64,000 nucleotides of DNA from Trichosphaerium sp. ATCC 40318 (taxonomy: Eukaryota > Protista > Tubulinea). Below, piece by piece: positions 49,820-63,255 of the stretch (position 1 is the stretch's first letter; each line of letters starts with the position of its first letter). The stretch is from assembly GCA_038496445.1 (NCBI GenBank), contig JALMLS010000353.1, forward strand, positions 310,001 through 374,000, given 5' to 3'. The translations under genes were made by a program, and so were the position numbers. The notes below the pieces were generated by a model. The model searched no databases and had not been told where the DNA came from. It saw only the letters and a list, made by a program, of their open reading frames with translations.

Positions 49820-51290
49820 CGCCACGTGCACGTTTTGTTAGGCGTATTCAATGTTTGTTACAAATACTGACAGTTGCTAGGTATGTTTGTTCTTGGTAAT
49901 TTAGTTTGATTGCCCTCATCTGTGTAATCAAATTCACTACACATCAACACTCTATAAAACAAGCAAGGTCTTGCGCTACGAGCAAAGAAATTGTACAAGT
50001 GCAAATGTTGGTGGTCAGTTTCTTTTGATTATGCTGTATGCCACCTACAACTCTTTAGTTAATCACGTGTAGATGCAACGCCGTTGGTTTTGAGTTAGTA
50101 TCTCCGCCGCGTTTATTTATATTTACCCGACGCGAACAGAGGGGATGTTATCGGCGCTTATTGCCAATAATCGCTTTCGCCTAATTTCCGACAAGTTTCC
50201 GGCAAAAAGATAGCCCCAATAGTGCCCCCATTGTGTCCGTACCTCATCCGAAAATAAATGTCACTGAAAGGCATTCAAAGCCCACCACACTTCCCAAAAT
50301 ATCTATTGGCAATACGATAATGTAATTGCTCTCGAGATGGTTTACGAATCCAAACTCAATCAGATATTCTGTAGTTTACCAAAAATTAAACGAAGCCATT
50401 TTTATAAACTGCACGTAGATTCACGTGAAACGTGTGAATCGGCACGTGATTTTTATTGCTCTAGAACGATACTAGATGAGTGTTAAAGCCATTACCGAGC
50501 GAATCTGGTTTTTGGTTTAAGAGAAAAAAAGTAAAACACGTTTTTCACTATTTTCTTCGTCCGCTTGTTTTGAACAACGCTCATACCTTTGGGACTACTC
50601 TACCGCGAAACAAAAATACCCAAAAAAACCAAAAGGTACACAGCGAGCGCCTAAAAAAGGTTTTTTGACGACTCCCTTGTGACGTCATCTGAAGCAGTGA
50701 GCAAGGTTCATTTCTAGTTGGGTATATTTAAACCAAAGTGTCCACTATGGTTTCGGGTATTGGCTCGTTGCAGCTAGCGGAAAGTATCTCCTTCCGGAAA
50801 AGTAATAGAAACGCGTGCAGAACATGCTTTCTTCGCGTAGTTATGGGCAAAAACGCAAAAGTTCGCAGTGTGAATCCGGCCGCAAAAAAATTGCCGACAT
50901 TTGCGGGCGGTGCATCCAAATTATAGAAAACGGTGTATTTTTGCGTACAGAGTGCGTCGTTTGGTTCTTAAAAAAACACGTGATGTTGTGGTGTTTTTTC
51001 GTTTTCTTTGTTGTCACGTCACGTGTTTATTATTACGTGTTTGGTTTCTATGGTTTTACCTTGTTGTGGTCGGAGTTATGTTGCTAAAAACGCTGGAAGC
51101 TCAGCCAAGAACTTGTCGCAGGAAAAATATTAAGCAGTTAAATAAATGATAGCGACATTAGTGAAGTTCTTCTGCTTTTAAAGCTTAAGAAGCGAGAGTT
51201 TGCCCAAAAGAGAATGTATACAAAGAACGTGTTGTAGAGATCACATGTCACATTTTTTTCAACACAAGTCTGCCTGCACGTGATTTTGAA
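49820..51290. promoter_or_regulatory. E-box (CACGTG) cluster and CRE-like TGACGTCA upstream of the bHLH gene
   Basis: CACGTG at about 49823, 50064, 50422, 50443, 50977, 51020 and 51276; TGACGTCA at about 50680. Function is inferred. Confidence 0.45.
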
Positions 51291-51358
51291 TTCTTCAAAC
51301 GTTAACAAATATAAAACACCACAAGCAAGAACAAACTTCAGTCGTAGTTGTCTTAAAA

Positions 51359-52412
51359 ATGATGTTATCACCAGAATACACTAAGAGTCATCATATCAAA
51401 CTTCCTGCCTGTGATAGCATCAAACCCCAGTTTGTAGTCCCTGACTTCAGACGTAATCAAATGAACTTACACGTACGTGTTTACAGTAAACAATTATTGT
51501 TCTCAAACATTTTCTCACTGACCTTAGCAACCACAACGTTCTCCGTTATACACTCATGCACGTGTTAAAAGGCAGTTTCAACACACTCCAGCTTATCCCA
51601 CGAAACCGCTCCGTTATCACCACCCAGCACCTGTTCAAATTCAGGTGAAAACGTGTGCAGGCACGTTTTTTTTTAGTTGAACTTATTTTTAGCGAAATTT
51701 ATTTGAACGTATTTTAACCAATAAATAGAAAGTCCACCTGTTCTTTTGCCTAGACGTGTACTTGATAGTGAACCAAAGACTTACAGACCCAAACTAACAC
51801 TTCCACCAATACGAGGCACGTCATCAAAGCGAAAAAAAACCCAAAGAATAAAAGATCTTTTTACCTTTTTTGCAAGAATTAACATTCACTTTAGCACCTT
51901 CGTTCAAGAGGAAGCATGTCAACACTGTGAAGAAAGAGAGACATAGAATAATAGAAAAGAACAGAAGAAATGACATAAACAAGTTGATTGAGCAACTCAG
52001 AGATGCTATTGCAATGAGAGGCCCTGGTACGTATACAACAAAAAAACAAAGAACAATCTGCGCCCTTTTTTTTTCAAATCACGCAATACCTCGTTATGCA
52101 CCGTGAAAAATCGTAAGAAATTCTGTAACCTTTTCGTGTATTTTTGGTATGTATCATCACATAGCACGTGCTCAACAAAAATATTCACGTTTTTTACTTG
52201 AGATTATGTGTTCGTTGTATCTAATCTTTTTTTTCTTGTTAGGTCGTGTAACAAAAGTAGAAGTACTTCAAAAAGCTGTTGAATACGTCGAAAATATAAA
52301 CTCTTTTGCAAGACTTGTTCAAACAAAATACACAAAACCACAGACGCTATCTATTGCAGAGACATCGTTAACAAAGAGGATATACCGTGCCATAGAAACA
52401 GAAGAGGATTAA
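51359..52412 (+). CDS. Class-B (Myc/Max/USF/Cbf1-type) bHLH transcription factor, multi-exon
   Basis: KERHRIIEKNRRNDINKLIEQLRDAI-loop-RVTKVEVLQKAVEYV; the basic region has the H5-E9-R13 signature. Confidence 0.9.
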
Positions 52413-52703
52413 ACAATAATCCAGACGGAAACCGGGGAAATCCATCAAATCCTCGTCAACAACAAAAAAAGAAAAAGTCGCTTAATTTTTTTCCGCGGTT
52501 TTGATCACAAATCTCACGTGAGGCTCACGCTTACTTGCTATAATTATACGTACGGGTATTTTGCAATGTATGCGTTGTATATACGAGTCGTTACGAATTT
52601 TTCAATGTAAATAAATGCTGTAAATAATACATCTTTCATTTATTGCTTATTTCGAGCTCTCCTTAACTCCTACGTTAACATCGTTTATACATATCGTCCA
52701 CAC

Positions 52704-53348
52704 TTATTTCCTTCGCTTTTTACGAGCAAGTTGGGCTTTCGTTTTACCTTTCTCTCTTCTTATTGCTGCCACTGTGAATAAAACAGCAGCCATTACCCAA
52801 CAAAATCCAGCTAACTAGCGCGTAAGTATATGAAGGACATTTCAAAGGCGTTAAAATTGAGAAGCTGAGGAAAAAATATATTATTTGTTCCGCCTTGTAC
52901 AAGCTTTATACTTGTATAATTGGGTTTATATGGCGTACCCAGTAGAGAAGGCGGTAGTCTAAAACAATAAGCGGACAACGCAAGAGTTAAAACCGCGTTA
53001 ACAATCCAACTCTGCACAATCCAGCGAATGCTGCCCAAGAATTCAAAACCCTGACCATTCCAGAAAAACGGGATCATTAGTACAGCAATCGCTCTGTATA
53101 TTGCGTTAGGTATTTAATATAGTATTTTGCACTATTCTGTTGCATGTTTGAAGCACGTACAGATTATATATAGCCAAAGGAAGACCACCATCGTCTCGAT
53201 ACCAAATCAATGGTACAGACGAGGTTGCAGAGCCTGTATTACGTTTTGTTACAAACAACCAAATTAGACTGATAGTGGGGTACGTACAGTAACATGCTGC
53301 ACATACAGACGTTTGCGCCCAGCGATGGAATTCAGCTCTCTTTGACAT
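52704..53348 (-). CDS. Hypothetical small multi-pass membrane protein, 3 exons
   Basis: Hydrophobic segments joined by plausible GT-AG introns, ending AGFCWVMAAVLFTVAAIRREKGKTKAQLARKKRRK*. No family recognised. Confidence 0.55.
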
Positions 53349-53435
53349 GGTTTAGGCAGTTTTTTACGACTTTTGACAAAACTTAAACTAAAGAAACGTT
53401 AAGTTTTTTTTGGAACATTTTTTCAACTGACGCTG

Positions 53436-55077
53436 ATGAACGACGCTCAACAAATCAGTGATGAAGATCAACGTATTAAAGATGACCTAGACAAACTAGA
53501 GCATAATGCAAAAAGGCTTGAAACGCGCGTTAAGAATTTGCGCAAGCATTTTACTCCAGATACATGGTAAAACGCGTCGCGGTGTTGTTTGAATGACGTT
53601 TTGTAGGCCAGATTTTGTGAAGAGTTATTCTCTAATTGCTTCACAGTTCGCGGCTTTAAATGGTCAAATAGAGCAGTACTACGATCCCATGTGCCTTGCA
53701 GCAGAAAATTCAGGTACAGTGACTGATTATTATGCTAATAACCTTAAACAATACTAGATATACAACCACAAGACTACGCTGTATATCCACAGACCCTACA
53801 GCTCCAATTGCCGGAAGGTGTCATGTCTCAGCAATATTGTACGTCAAAACCGTTGCATACGCGTATAAACCAACCATGAAAAATGCTCCGTACGCTTATT
53901 AACCGAAAATAGTTGAAAACCTTCTAAGAACAATGCCTTACAACGATATGATCACTAGTGACATAGATGATGTTAAAAAATATAACGAGGAGTTCGGTTC
54001 AGAACAACTTGATGTTGACAACTTCATTGTACGCAAAGAAAACGAAATGAAACAACTTTTTTTTTTTTTGACATCTTGGCGACTAAGTCTCACTGTAGGA
54101 ACTTCTTGATGAAGGATATAATAAAAATCTATTGGATAATATCTTAGCATCCTTTGATAAAAAACTCGAAGAAAAATCAGCAACTACAGGAGAGCTTGTC
54201 AACAGCACAAAAATTAACGCTGGTTCGTGATGTTTATTTTATTTCTCTTTTTTTTTTGTCCAAATTTCGAAGTCCAAAACGACCTCAAATTCGTCTGTAT
54301 GGTTTCTTTTCGCGTAAGACATATATATTAAGCTATGAGAGATATTTTCAATTTATTTTAACACCTCACATGAACGTTTTTTTTTTCAGAAACAGAAAGT
54401 GTTCTTTGACAACTAATTATTTTTTGTGCTCTTGTAGGCGTTGTTCAGTTTCCTAAAGTTACATTCAATAGTAATCAAAAGGCAGCACAAGATGTATCTA
54501 ATAATACCACAAACATTGCTTCTGTTAATACATCAAACAATACAAGTACAGCTTCGTTCATATCAAGAGGTCGTGTTAGTGTAACTGCTGATAATATTGA
54601 TGGACTTTTGGATGGTATGTTTTTTCGCGTTCAGTTTCTTTCGCTAATCGGTATACCTAACAGGTGGACCAGTATCTGGTAGTGATGTACAGATTATTTC
54701 TTCAAGAAGAAATATTCAGGTATGTTCGCAGCCATTGTTTTTTTGTTTGTTCAGAAAATATTAAGAAACGAACATTTGCTAATGTTGTCTTCTAGCATAC
54801 AGGACAGACTATGGTAAATAACGGAGTTCGCTCTGTTGGTACTAATATTATTGCGAGCGTACCTCCAAGGATGCCTCAAGGTATATAACACTCAAGAAAC
54901 TTCGTACTTTGTTGTATCATTTGTTACCGTTTTTTTATTTGTGTTTCCAAGCAAGCGTTTCTTATTTTGCTTGGAATGAATTTGCTCATAATTTATTCTT
55001 ATGTAGGTTCTCAATATAACATATCAAGCAACACCGGTCAAAATATGACCTTCAACGCTAATAATAGAAGATTTTGA
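53436..55077 (+). CDS. MED8: Probable Mediator subunit 8 (MED8-like), multi-exon
   Basis: Helical N-terminus, TWPDFVKSYSLIASQFAALNGQI, DYAVYP and VENLLRTMP resemble the MED8 W..l..f..is.ql / vyP / LRTk pattern; N/S/Q-rich tail. Confidence 0.6.
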
Positions 55078-55518
55078 ATGCGGTAGCCTTTTAACTTTAA
55101 CAAAAAAGAAAAAACAACCTTGCTCACTTACGTCATTGGTTTGTAGCAGTCTCAAGGCAAACCTTGTTTATGATGTACATATGTCGTGTGGAATAGTAAA
55201 TCACTAATGTATTTAAGTAACACGTGCTTGTGATTCGCGTGGAAAGTGATATTCCAAGGGAGGTTTTTGTACAATAAAATAAAACAAGAATTCTCACTTA
55301 ACCTTGTGCAAAACAATCGCTCTTTCGACATTGTAATAATATCATTCAATGACATGTGCGTTCAACCTAATTATTTACTTATACAGCTTTGCTGGTGTGC
55401 GTACATATTCCTATCCTCAATGTTAAGCTAGACGATAAAGATGTCAATGTCTGGGCAAGTGTAACTTAACTCTTTTATTTTTTTTTAATTTATTGTACAA
55501 GCGTTTATGCTACTCCAA

Positions 55519-56279
55519 TCAATAGTCTGTGAGCTTACCAGACTTGATGTGTTTTACAGTATTCTTTTGCACCTCCTTTCCTGTTTTGAGATGATAATCG
55601 AGAGCAATCATAAAGTCTTTTCCAAGAGATTCAAACAAGTTCTTAATAATCATCCTATCCATAACTTTACCTACAACACCATACTTTGGCTTATACTCGC
55701 ATGACATTACTACCTGAGATGAATTCTCTCCAGTACTGAAAACAAACGTCAGAAGAGCATGTGACAAAGCGTAAAAAGTCTGTTTTTTGCTTACGATGTA
55801 ACGCTCATTTTTGCTATCATTTTACGTATTGGTGCTGTTCCTTCAACAAGTTCAATAGTATAGTATTGTTCCTCGTCGCTCCATTCAATAACTCTTTCGA
55901 TTATCTTACCACCATCGTAAAACTCACAAGAGCGAGTTGCACCGATACCTATTAGTAACATCATGTTAGACAAGAGAGGCTTTTTTTTTGTCAAAAAAAA
56001 GTAATTCTCACCTTCTGTACTATCGCCAACTGCAAGAGATTTGCCGACGTTTGGATGGAATGCTTGAATATTAGGGTAATCTGATATGACTTTCCATATT
56101 ACGTCAGCTGACTTGTTAAACTCCCTTGTTCTATAAATAAAATTAATACATACAACAACAATATGGAGTAAAGACTTCCAGATGAATACGCTAGAGGAAG
56201 CCTAGTACAAATAAAAAATAAAAAAAACAAACAAAATAGAGCTCCTCTCTTTGTGGACTTACGAGGTGATTTTACCCAT
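55519..56279 (-). CDS. SRPBCC/START-fold (Polyketide_cyc2/MxaD-like) ligand-binding protein, multi-exon
   Basis: SADVIWKVISDYPNIQAFHPNV, GIGATRSCEFYDGGKIIERVIEW, YTIELVEG, KYGVVGKVMDRMII, ALDYHLKTG. Confidence 0.85.
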
Positions 56280-57089
56280 GATATTAGTATAATATTGTTT
56301 GTATTTAGTTTAATAAGGTTACTAGTAGTTGAGGAGCCGTTGCTATTGACTTCTGTGTAGTGTAATTATGAATTTTAACTTTCTCCTTTTTTTTTGTGAT
56401 TTTCGAGTTATTCCGCGGAATACAACAGAAACTTTTATCCGGATCGTTATTTCACTTCGGACCTGGTTTAAACTACTTCACTATTATAAGCGCTTTAAAT
56501 AAAGCGTCTTTGACTTTATTTGATGGGTGTACAAAAGAAGAATTTGCATTTTTTTGCAAATTTGACGTCATTTCACGTTGAAGCTTCAAAAGGCGATTTT
56601 AGACATTCTAAGAACTAAGAAATCCTTTTTGCAGTAATTGTTGACAAGAGGTGGTCAAAATGCTAACACCAGTGGCAGAAAATTCGCCTTTTTTTAAAGT
56701 TGTACATGCAAGTTAGTCAGCACCCGCAAGTGATTTGTAGTTGTTTGTTTGCTTTGTTAGATAGTTGTCGGGTATGTCCAATGTCATGGGAACATTAAAA
56801 ACCCAACCTATTACAATGGTATTGCTGTTGATGTTGTCGCTGTAGTGATACGAGGTGGTCTTGCTTACAGCTATGCCAAACAGGTTTCGCGAACACTACC
56901 TTACAGGCTTGTGTCTAACAAAAAGGAAATACTACCAATAAGGCATACCACTGCAAAAGAGATCCAATCAGGTTAGTTCCAACGTTATGCGTACAGTTAA
57001 AAAGTGCATGAGAATGTGAGCTTTACTAGCGGTAAGGTTACATTGAACGAGGGGTTAGAATACAATGAGCTAATAAGCTCTTGATTTTT

Positions 57090-58135
57090 CTGTTTGGTTT
57101 CTTGTACTTCGCTACTACCAAGTGCAGATAGGTAAATGAGCAGTTCTCATCTCTTATTCACTCGTCGCTGTGATTTAAAGTTGTAAAAAGGGAGAGAAAT
57201 AACAACGATCACCACCAAAACAATAAGAACAATCACAATCGCAACAGCAATCAATCCATATTTTAATCCATTGTTATCACCCTCATCTTCACCACCACAA
57301 GGTTTCGAAGTATAGATAACGTATATCTTACGTAGCTCTAAGGTGCTTTAGCTATGTGGTGTGATGAGCGTGATGTACCAGTTTTATCAAGTGATGATTC
57401 AATACATTGATTTTGTTCAAACTCAACACTCAATCCTGTCACATGACTGTGATGAGATATCTGTATTCGAGAGTAACCACCGTTTTGTTTCAATGGTGAT
57501 GTACTTTCAGGAGGTTTTATATTGATGGATGCGTTTGGAAAATCAGCACAACCCAAAACAGTGATGTTTGTAAAGTAGTCAAGCAACAATGCATTCCCAT
57601 TCTCCCAATTTAGATCGCCTTTGACAAAAACTTTTCATACAAATATGACTTTTTGCAGTTACATATGACTCACTTTTAATTGTAGCGGATATGTTACCAA
57701 TAGAATGACGTCCCTATCAACTGTATAATCGCCATGAACCGTACAACTGGTATTATCACTTATAATCGCAGAAGGGTTTATTAAATCAAACGCTTCTTTC
57801 ACTACTCCTGTCCGTTTTCTACAACAACAATTCGTCCTTGTTCATCAAATGTAGTTAGTATAACTGTATCTCTTGAGCTATTGGTACCAAGTTGGCGTAT
57901 GACTGTCTTTAAGCATAATTAAGCAAACTGGTGACTTTTCAACAAATGTCTTTTTACAACAAAAAAGAATTTGTGTTTGCCATTTTTTTTCAACTAAGTA
58001 CGAACTCTCGTAGCTGTCAAGTAAGAAATACTCACTTCGGTGATATGTTTGAAGAGCTAGACCAAAATTAGAAGGTATGCTAGGGATCGTAGTATTGTCA
58101 ATTATTGTATCAAAATCCACTAAATGGTGTTCTGA
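57090..58135 (-). pseudogene. Decayed tandem partial duplicate of the 3' half of 58201-60435
   Basis: Near-identical blocks (LLDYFTNITVLGCAD, VEFEQNQC.ESSLDKTG, EDEGDNNGLKYGLIAVAIVI) with deletions and frameshifts; no 5' exons. Confidence 0.85.
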
Positions 58136-58200
58136 GTGACGTTTTCGTTTTATTTTCTGCTTTTTTTAAGTGTGTATAACAGTAACTGTGACAATCCTTC

Positions 58201-60435
58201 TCATGTTTGGTTTGCTCTTCGCTTTGATTTGAAGTTATGAAAAGGGAAGATGACTTCTGGTTTCCACAGAGAAATAACAACGATCACCACCAAAACAATA
58301 AGAATAATCACAATCGCAACAGCAATCAATCCATATTTTAATCCATTGTTATCACCCTCATCTTCACTTCCACCACAAGGTTTCGAAGTATAGATAACGT
58401 ATATCTTACGTAGCTCTATTAAAAGGATATGAGAACACAGCGTTTTTGTTAATACGGCACAGTGTGCACCTGTTTTGTCGAGTGATGATTCAACACATTG
58501 ATTTTGTTCAAACTCAACATTCAATCCTGTCGAGTTGATATCACATGACTGTGATGAGATAATCTGTATTCGAGAGGGCCCATCGGTTTGTACAGAAGAG
58601 GCAATAGTTTCAGGAGGGTTGATAGTGATTGAAGCGTTTGTTAAATCAGCACAACCCAAAACAGTGATGTTTGTAAAGTAGTCAAGCAACAATACATTCC
58701 CATTCTTCCAATTTAGATTCCCTATTGAATAACAAACTCAAAATGTAGTTTCTTACAAGACTCACCTTCTATTATAACGGATATGTTACCGCCAAAACTA
58801 ACGTCTCTATCAACTGTATAATCTCCGTTAATTATACATACACGATTGTTACACGTGATGACAGAAGGATTAATTTCAGGTAGGGGTGATAAATCTTCGT
58901 TCACTACCTCTACTGTTCTGTTTGCTATAACAACAATACGCCCTTCTTCATCAAACGTTGCTACCACAACTGTGTTGTTTATGATGGGAGAAAGTTGCGT
59001 GTAAGTACCTTAGATAATGGTGCTTAGCAACACAATTGTTTGAGATAAGTACCATTTGTATAAACTATGTATGCAATTTCGTAGCCGTCAAGTAAGAAAT
59101 AGTCATTTCCAGGATAAGTATGAAGACCTTGGCCATATTGATTATATTCACTAGGCAGCGTAGTATTGCCAGTGATCGTATTAAACTCCACTTAAAAGCC
59201 TGTTAGAAAAGAGGTACAACTTGTTGATTGATGATTCTTACTGAAGTCAAAATAGAATAGAGTTTCGCCACCAGCAACTATCACGACATCTGGTCGAAGA
59301 AAAGCAACGCCCTAAGTACATTACAATTTAGGTCATAATTCAAAGCATAAAACTAGTACTTGTGGTGTAGCTTTATTGTAGTCCGCGCCAATATCGTATG
59401 TACCAACATGTGAACCTAACTAAAGTCAGATTTAATCTTTTTAATAAGAAGATGTACTATCAGAAATTTTATATTGAAAGACTCCCTTATTAAACACTGC
59501 CACAAGAATATATGTGTCACTCGGATCTATAACTATTTGCCTTTCTTGAAGCATTGAAGGCTTAAGAGTGAGGGATCGTTTGTATTCAAGAGAAGACGAA
59601 TCAAACACAACCTTTAAAAAAAAGTTACTTTCATGTATAGTAGAGTTTGTAATTAGTTTCAATAATCGGTTTAACACCTCTATAACACCTGCTCTTATAG
59701 TGCACGAGTGTGAGAATTAAACCCCGAAATTCACGTGTAGCAATAAGTGCGGAAGAACAGTATCAATTTTTTTTTTGACTTTCTTACAATTTCTTCTGTA
59801 TTTTGTCCTGCCGTTACGTATACATCAGATTTATTGTTATTTATAGTAAGACCTATAACTCTAAGAAGGAAACAGGATTGAGGAGATGTAAATAACTTAC
59901 CTTGAGGGTGGGAACCTCCAAAAGAACTTTGAGTTATTCCATTACTCCATCCAGATTTTTCCTCAACAATTTTACCTAGCAAAGAAATTGACAATTGCGT
60001 GCTATGTGGAACCAACAGTAAAAAAAAAAAGTACCTTCTAAGTCGAATACAAGAAGTTTGTTTTCTACGGTCACCAAAATAAAATTCTGAGTAACTAATA
60101 CGCTTTGTGTGTCTCCTTCTCCTGACACGTCGAAGCTAGTAGAAGCTACAAAAACAATAAATTAAAGTTCAAGGTACGGATGTTATCCTTGAAGGGAAGA
60201 TACACTAATAAAGAGAGTGACGCTTTGAGCTTACATAATAAATGATCACAAAATAGAATAAAAAGGATATCTGCTTACAAAGAAAGCAGAAGAAGAGCAC
60301 GTGCTGTGTAAGCAAGATGTAGACTTTGTAAGCAAAAAAAAGTTCCGCACGTGATATCTGAGCGTCAATAATAATAACTACGCATTGAATTAAACATAAA
60401 ACTAGCAACATGCCAGGTAGTAGCGTTGTTGCCAT
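58201..60435 (-). CDS. Type-I single-pass membrane protein, possibly with a beta-propeller-like N-terminal ectodomain, multi-exon
   Basis: Signal peptide MLLVLCLIQCVVIIIDAQ; beta-rich repeats (HPQGLTINNNKSDVYVT, IVIDPSDTYILVA); TM YGLIAVAIVIILIVLVVIVVISLW; basic tail. Confidence 0.75.
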
Positions 60436-60549
60436 GGATAGTCCCGTTTTTACAATTGATTTTCAAAAGAAAGCCCAAAAAGCCTGACTTAGCTGAAGTT
60501 TTCCAAAAACCAAAGATAGTTCGCTTTAAATTGCTTGTAGAAGTTGTTT

Positions 60550-62891
60550 ATGATCAATCTTCCGCTAACAGCGCTCGCTGGGATTGTTTTAATCACATTA
60601 TGGGTTGTAGCGGCATATTTACTTATTTACTTCAGTCATCCGCTTGATAGAACGTCTGCTTGGTTTCCTAAGATTGTTGTGGTAAGTTATACGCGAACCG
60701 ACGTCTGAGAATAGAATGTCGGTTCAAAGTGCGTAACAATCAGTTTACTAATGCGTGTAATGCAGCTATGGTCTTTCGTATTGGCGGCAACGACAATATT
60801 ACTTATTCCATTGGATATTGCGAGTACTCGCTCGAGGTAAGTCCAGAAATACTCTGAAACGCGTTGAAACGCGCCATAACCGCGTCTAAACCAAGTATTA
60901 CACCTTTGTTTGATAACTCAAATTGTAGCTCTGGAATTCCTCTTACTTGGCTATGGTATACAGTTTACATTGCAATAATTGTAGTTGGAGTGCGTTAAAT
61001 GATGAAATACGCGTTTTAAAGAAAATCAAGAAAATGTAGACGAAAATTAAATTGTATTTTTTTAGGTGGTTCTAATACCTTTTGCGCTATTCTATTACGA
61101 AGCTCAAGACCCAGACAGCGAGTAGGTGCTTTATTTGAATAAGAGAAAATGACATAATGTTGTACACGTGCTCAGAAGCCTAAGAACGTGATCGGAATCA
61201 TATTTCTGACTTTTTTTTAGGAACGAGGGATCTCCTTTTTGTGAAGGCATCAAAGGACTCTTCATATTCTCAGTTATTTTCTCGGTAATCTGCGCCGCGG
61301 GATACTTCACTCTTGGTACAGCAGAAGTAGATATTCAAGAGCAAATTGGGTGCCTCAATAATGGGGTACAAATAATGACGTGAAAAAGTGTGATTTGATG
61401 GATCTTTTTAGTGCACAACAACAGTGACAGATACAACACAATCATTTCGTGTCTCGTTTCTGTTATTCCTCATCACGACGCTGAGCTTTTTCGGTTGGTT
61501 GTTTTTTCTATTGTTCGGTGGCATAGGGTTCTTTTCCTTGCCATTAGACTTTGTAAATGCCTACAGGTTTCGTCCAGAGCCAATAGGGAAAGCTGAGTGC
61601 GTTTCATGTTTATGAGATATTGAAATGATATCTAACTACTCTGTGAAGGTATAACAGGCGTCAGATTGCTCTTGGAGAAGAGGCAGAGAATCTACTAAAT
61701 ATTGGACAGAAATTAGAATCTAAAAGAGCGAAGAGGAGGGAGCTCAACGAGTTTCAACAAGTATTATCCATAGATATTATTTTTTGTTTTCTTCATGAGA
61801 GAATTGCTTATTGAAGTTTAAGTCGGTGTACTTGCTGGAGTTGCAGTATGAGCGGAATGAAATTGGATACAAACAACATGGTGGTAATATTCTTATTCAC
61901 TTTATGTCTCTTGGTTTTGGAATATGCGGGTACGACTAACCAATTTATTTTCTGAAATTTTGAAAAAAAAAAGGGTAAAGTTTTTGGTACACATCTCTTT
62001 TTTGTGCGTTTCGGTTTTGACTGTTTGAAAATGGTAGGTACCTTCTAACGTTAGCTTGGCTTGTTCACGTTGGTATTAATAATATTGCTAACTACCACCC
62101 GTTCTTGAACACAATGTTCATTGCTATGGATGGAGTTTTTAGTTTCTTTGGAGTTGTCATATTTGGGGTGTTCTCTTTTTGGCTTATGGCATGCGTTGTA
62201 GCTGGTGTATTTAAGTTTGGTGTTCGCGTGCCGTTATTAGTAAAACTATATCCTATGGAGTACGATTTTTTTGCTTCAAACCGTATAAGCGCAATCACGT
62301 GATTTACACATGTTGCTAGCTGTGGAGTAAAGGCTAATATGATTTTTTTTTGTTTAGACCACACAAAACAATGATGTCCGCTTTTCTGTTCAATACGTTT
62401 GTCATCCTACTTGTCTCTGTTGCTGTGACACACTTCATTACAGTGTCTTTTGAAGATTACGCAAGTCTATCTGAAATTAATGGTACGCAGTGACTGTCGA
62501 GGCATTAAAAGCTTGGCGAACCAAAAAAACCTACTTCGGAACAGTACACAAACAATCTGACTGGGGTTCCCCAGCAGGTTCTCCTACGTGTGCTTGGTAT
62601 TATCAGGCATGCGCCTAGTCCATTGTATCACTTTTAGCTGTGTAGAAATATTATGGAATGTCACTGTTTGATTTTTTTTGTTTAGCTCTGTTTGCAATGT
62701 CAGTTTCGAACCTTCGTGGATTAAAATACTTTTGGAAGTATTCTGTATATGCTCTATTCGCAGTTTCTGCAATAACATTTATTTATTTGTTATGGAAACC
62801 TAGAGACGAGTCTCCTATAAAGTCTCATATGTATTCTAAACTAAATACTAAGAAACTAGACAAGAAGAAGATTAAGAAACAAAAGAAGTAA
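60550..62891 (+). CDS. LMBR1-like (LIMR family) multi-pass membrane protein, multi-exon
   Basis: YFSHPLDRTSAWFPKIVV, ILLIPLDIA, PFALFYYEAQD, FGWLFFLLFGGIGFFSLPLDFV, HPFLNTMF, KFGVRVP..LYPM, TMMSAFLFN. Confidence 0.92.
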
Positions 62892-63255
62892 ACACCGAAC
62901 CAAAAAAACAAAAACAAGAAAAAAATAACAATAAATCACGTGTTTGTACATAAACCGCTTGGGGTTTTTTTTTTCAACACAGCGGAAGGTGCAGCTCTTT
63001 ATTTTTTGAGGGTGCCCGCGGTTTTAAAATAAAGTTTAAACAAATACACCACATTTTACATGCACCGGAGTTTAGGGGTTGAAACGTTGTGCAAGGTTCA
63101 GTAAATAACAATGTGATTATTCTTAAAAGATCGTTTCGCCAACATACGTAAAACAAGGCCCCACAAGTGGGTTGTATAACAAAATACGCCAATAAGGCAA
63201 CAAAAAAGCAGTAACAACTACACAAAGCGCGTAACAATACACCTAAACTAAGAAA

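Noticed and set aside
49150-50050. Possible decayed ARM/importin-alpha-like gene
   Set aside because: Only faint, scattered resemblance; cannot be supported without an alignment.
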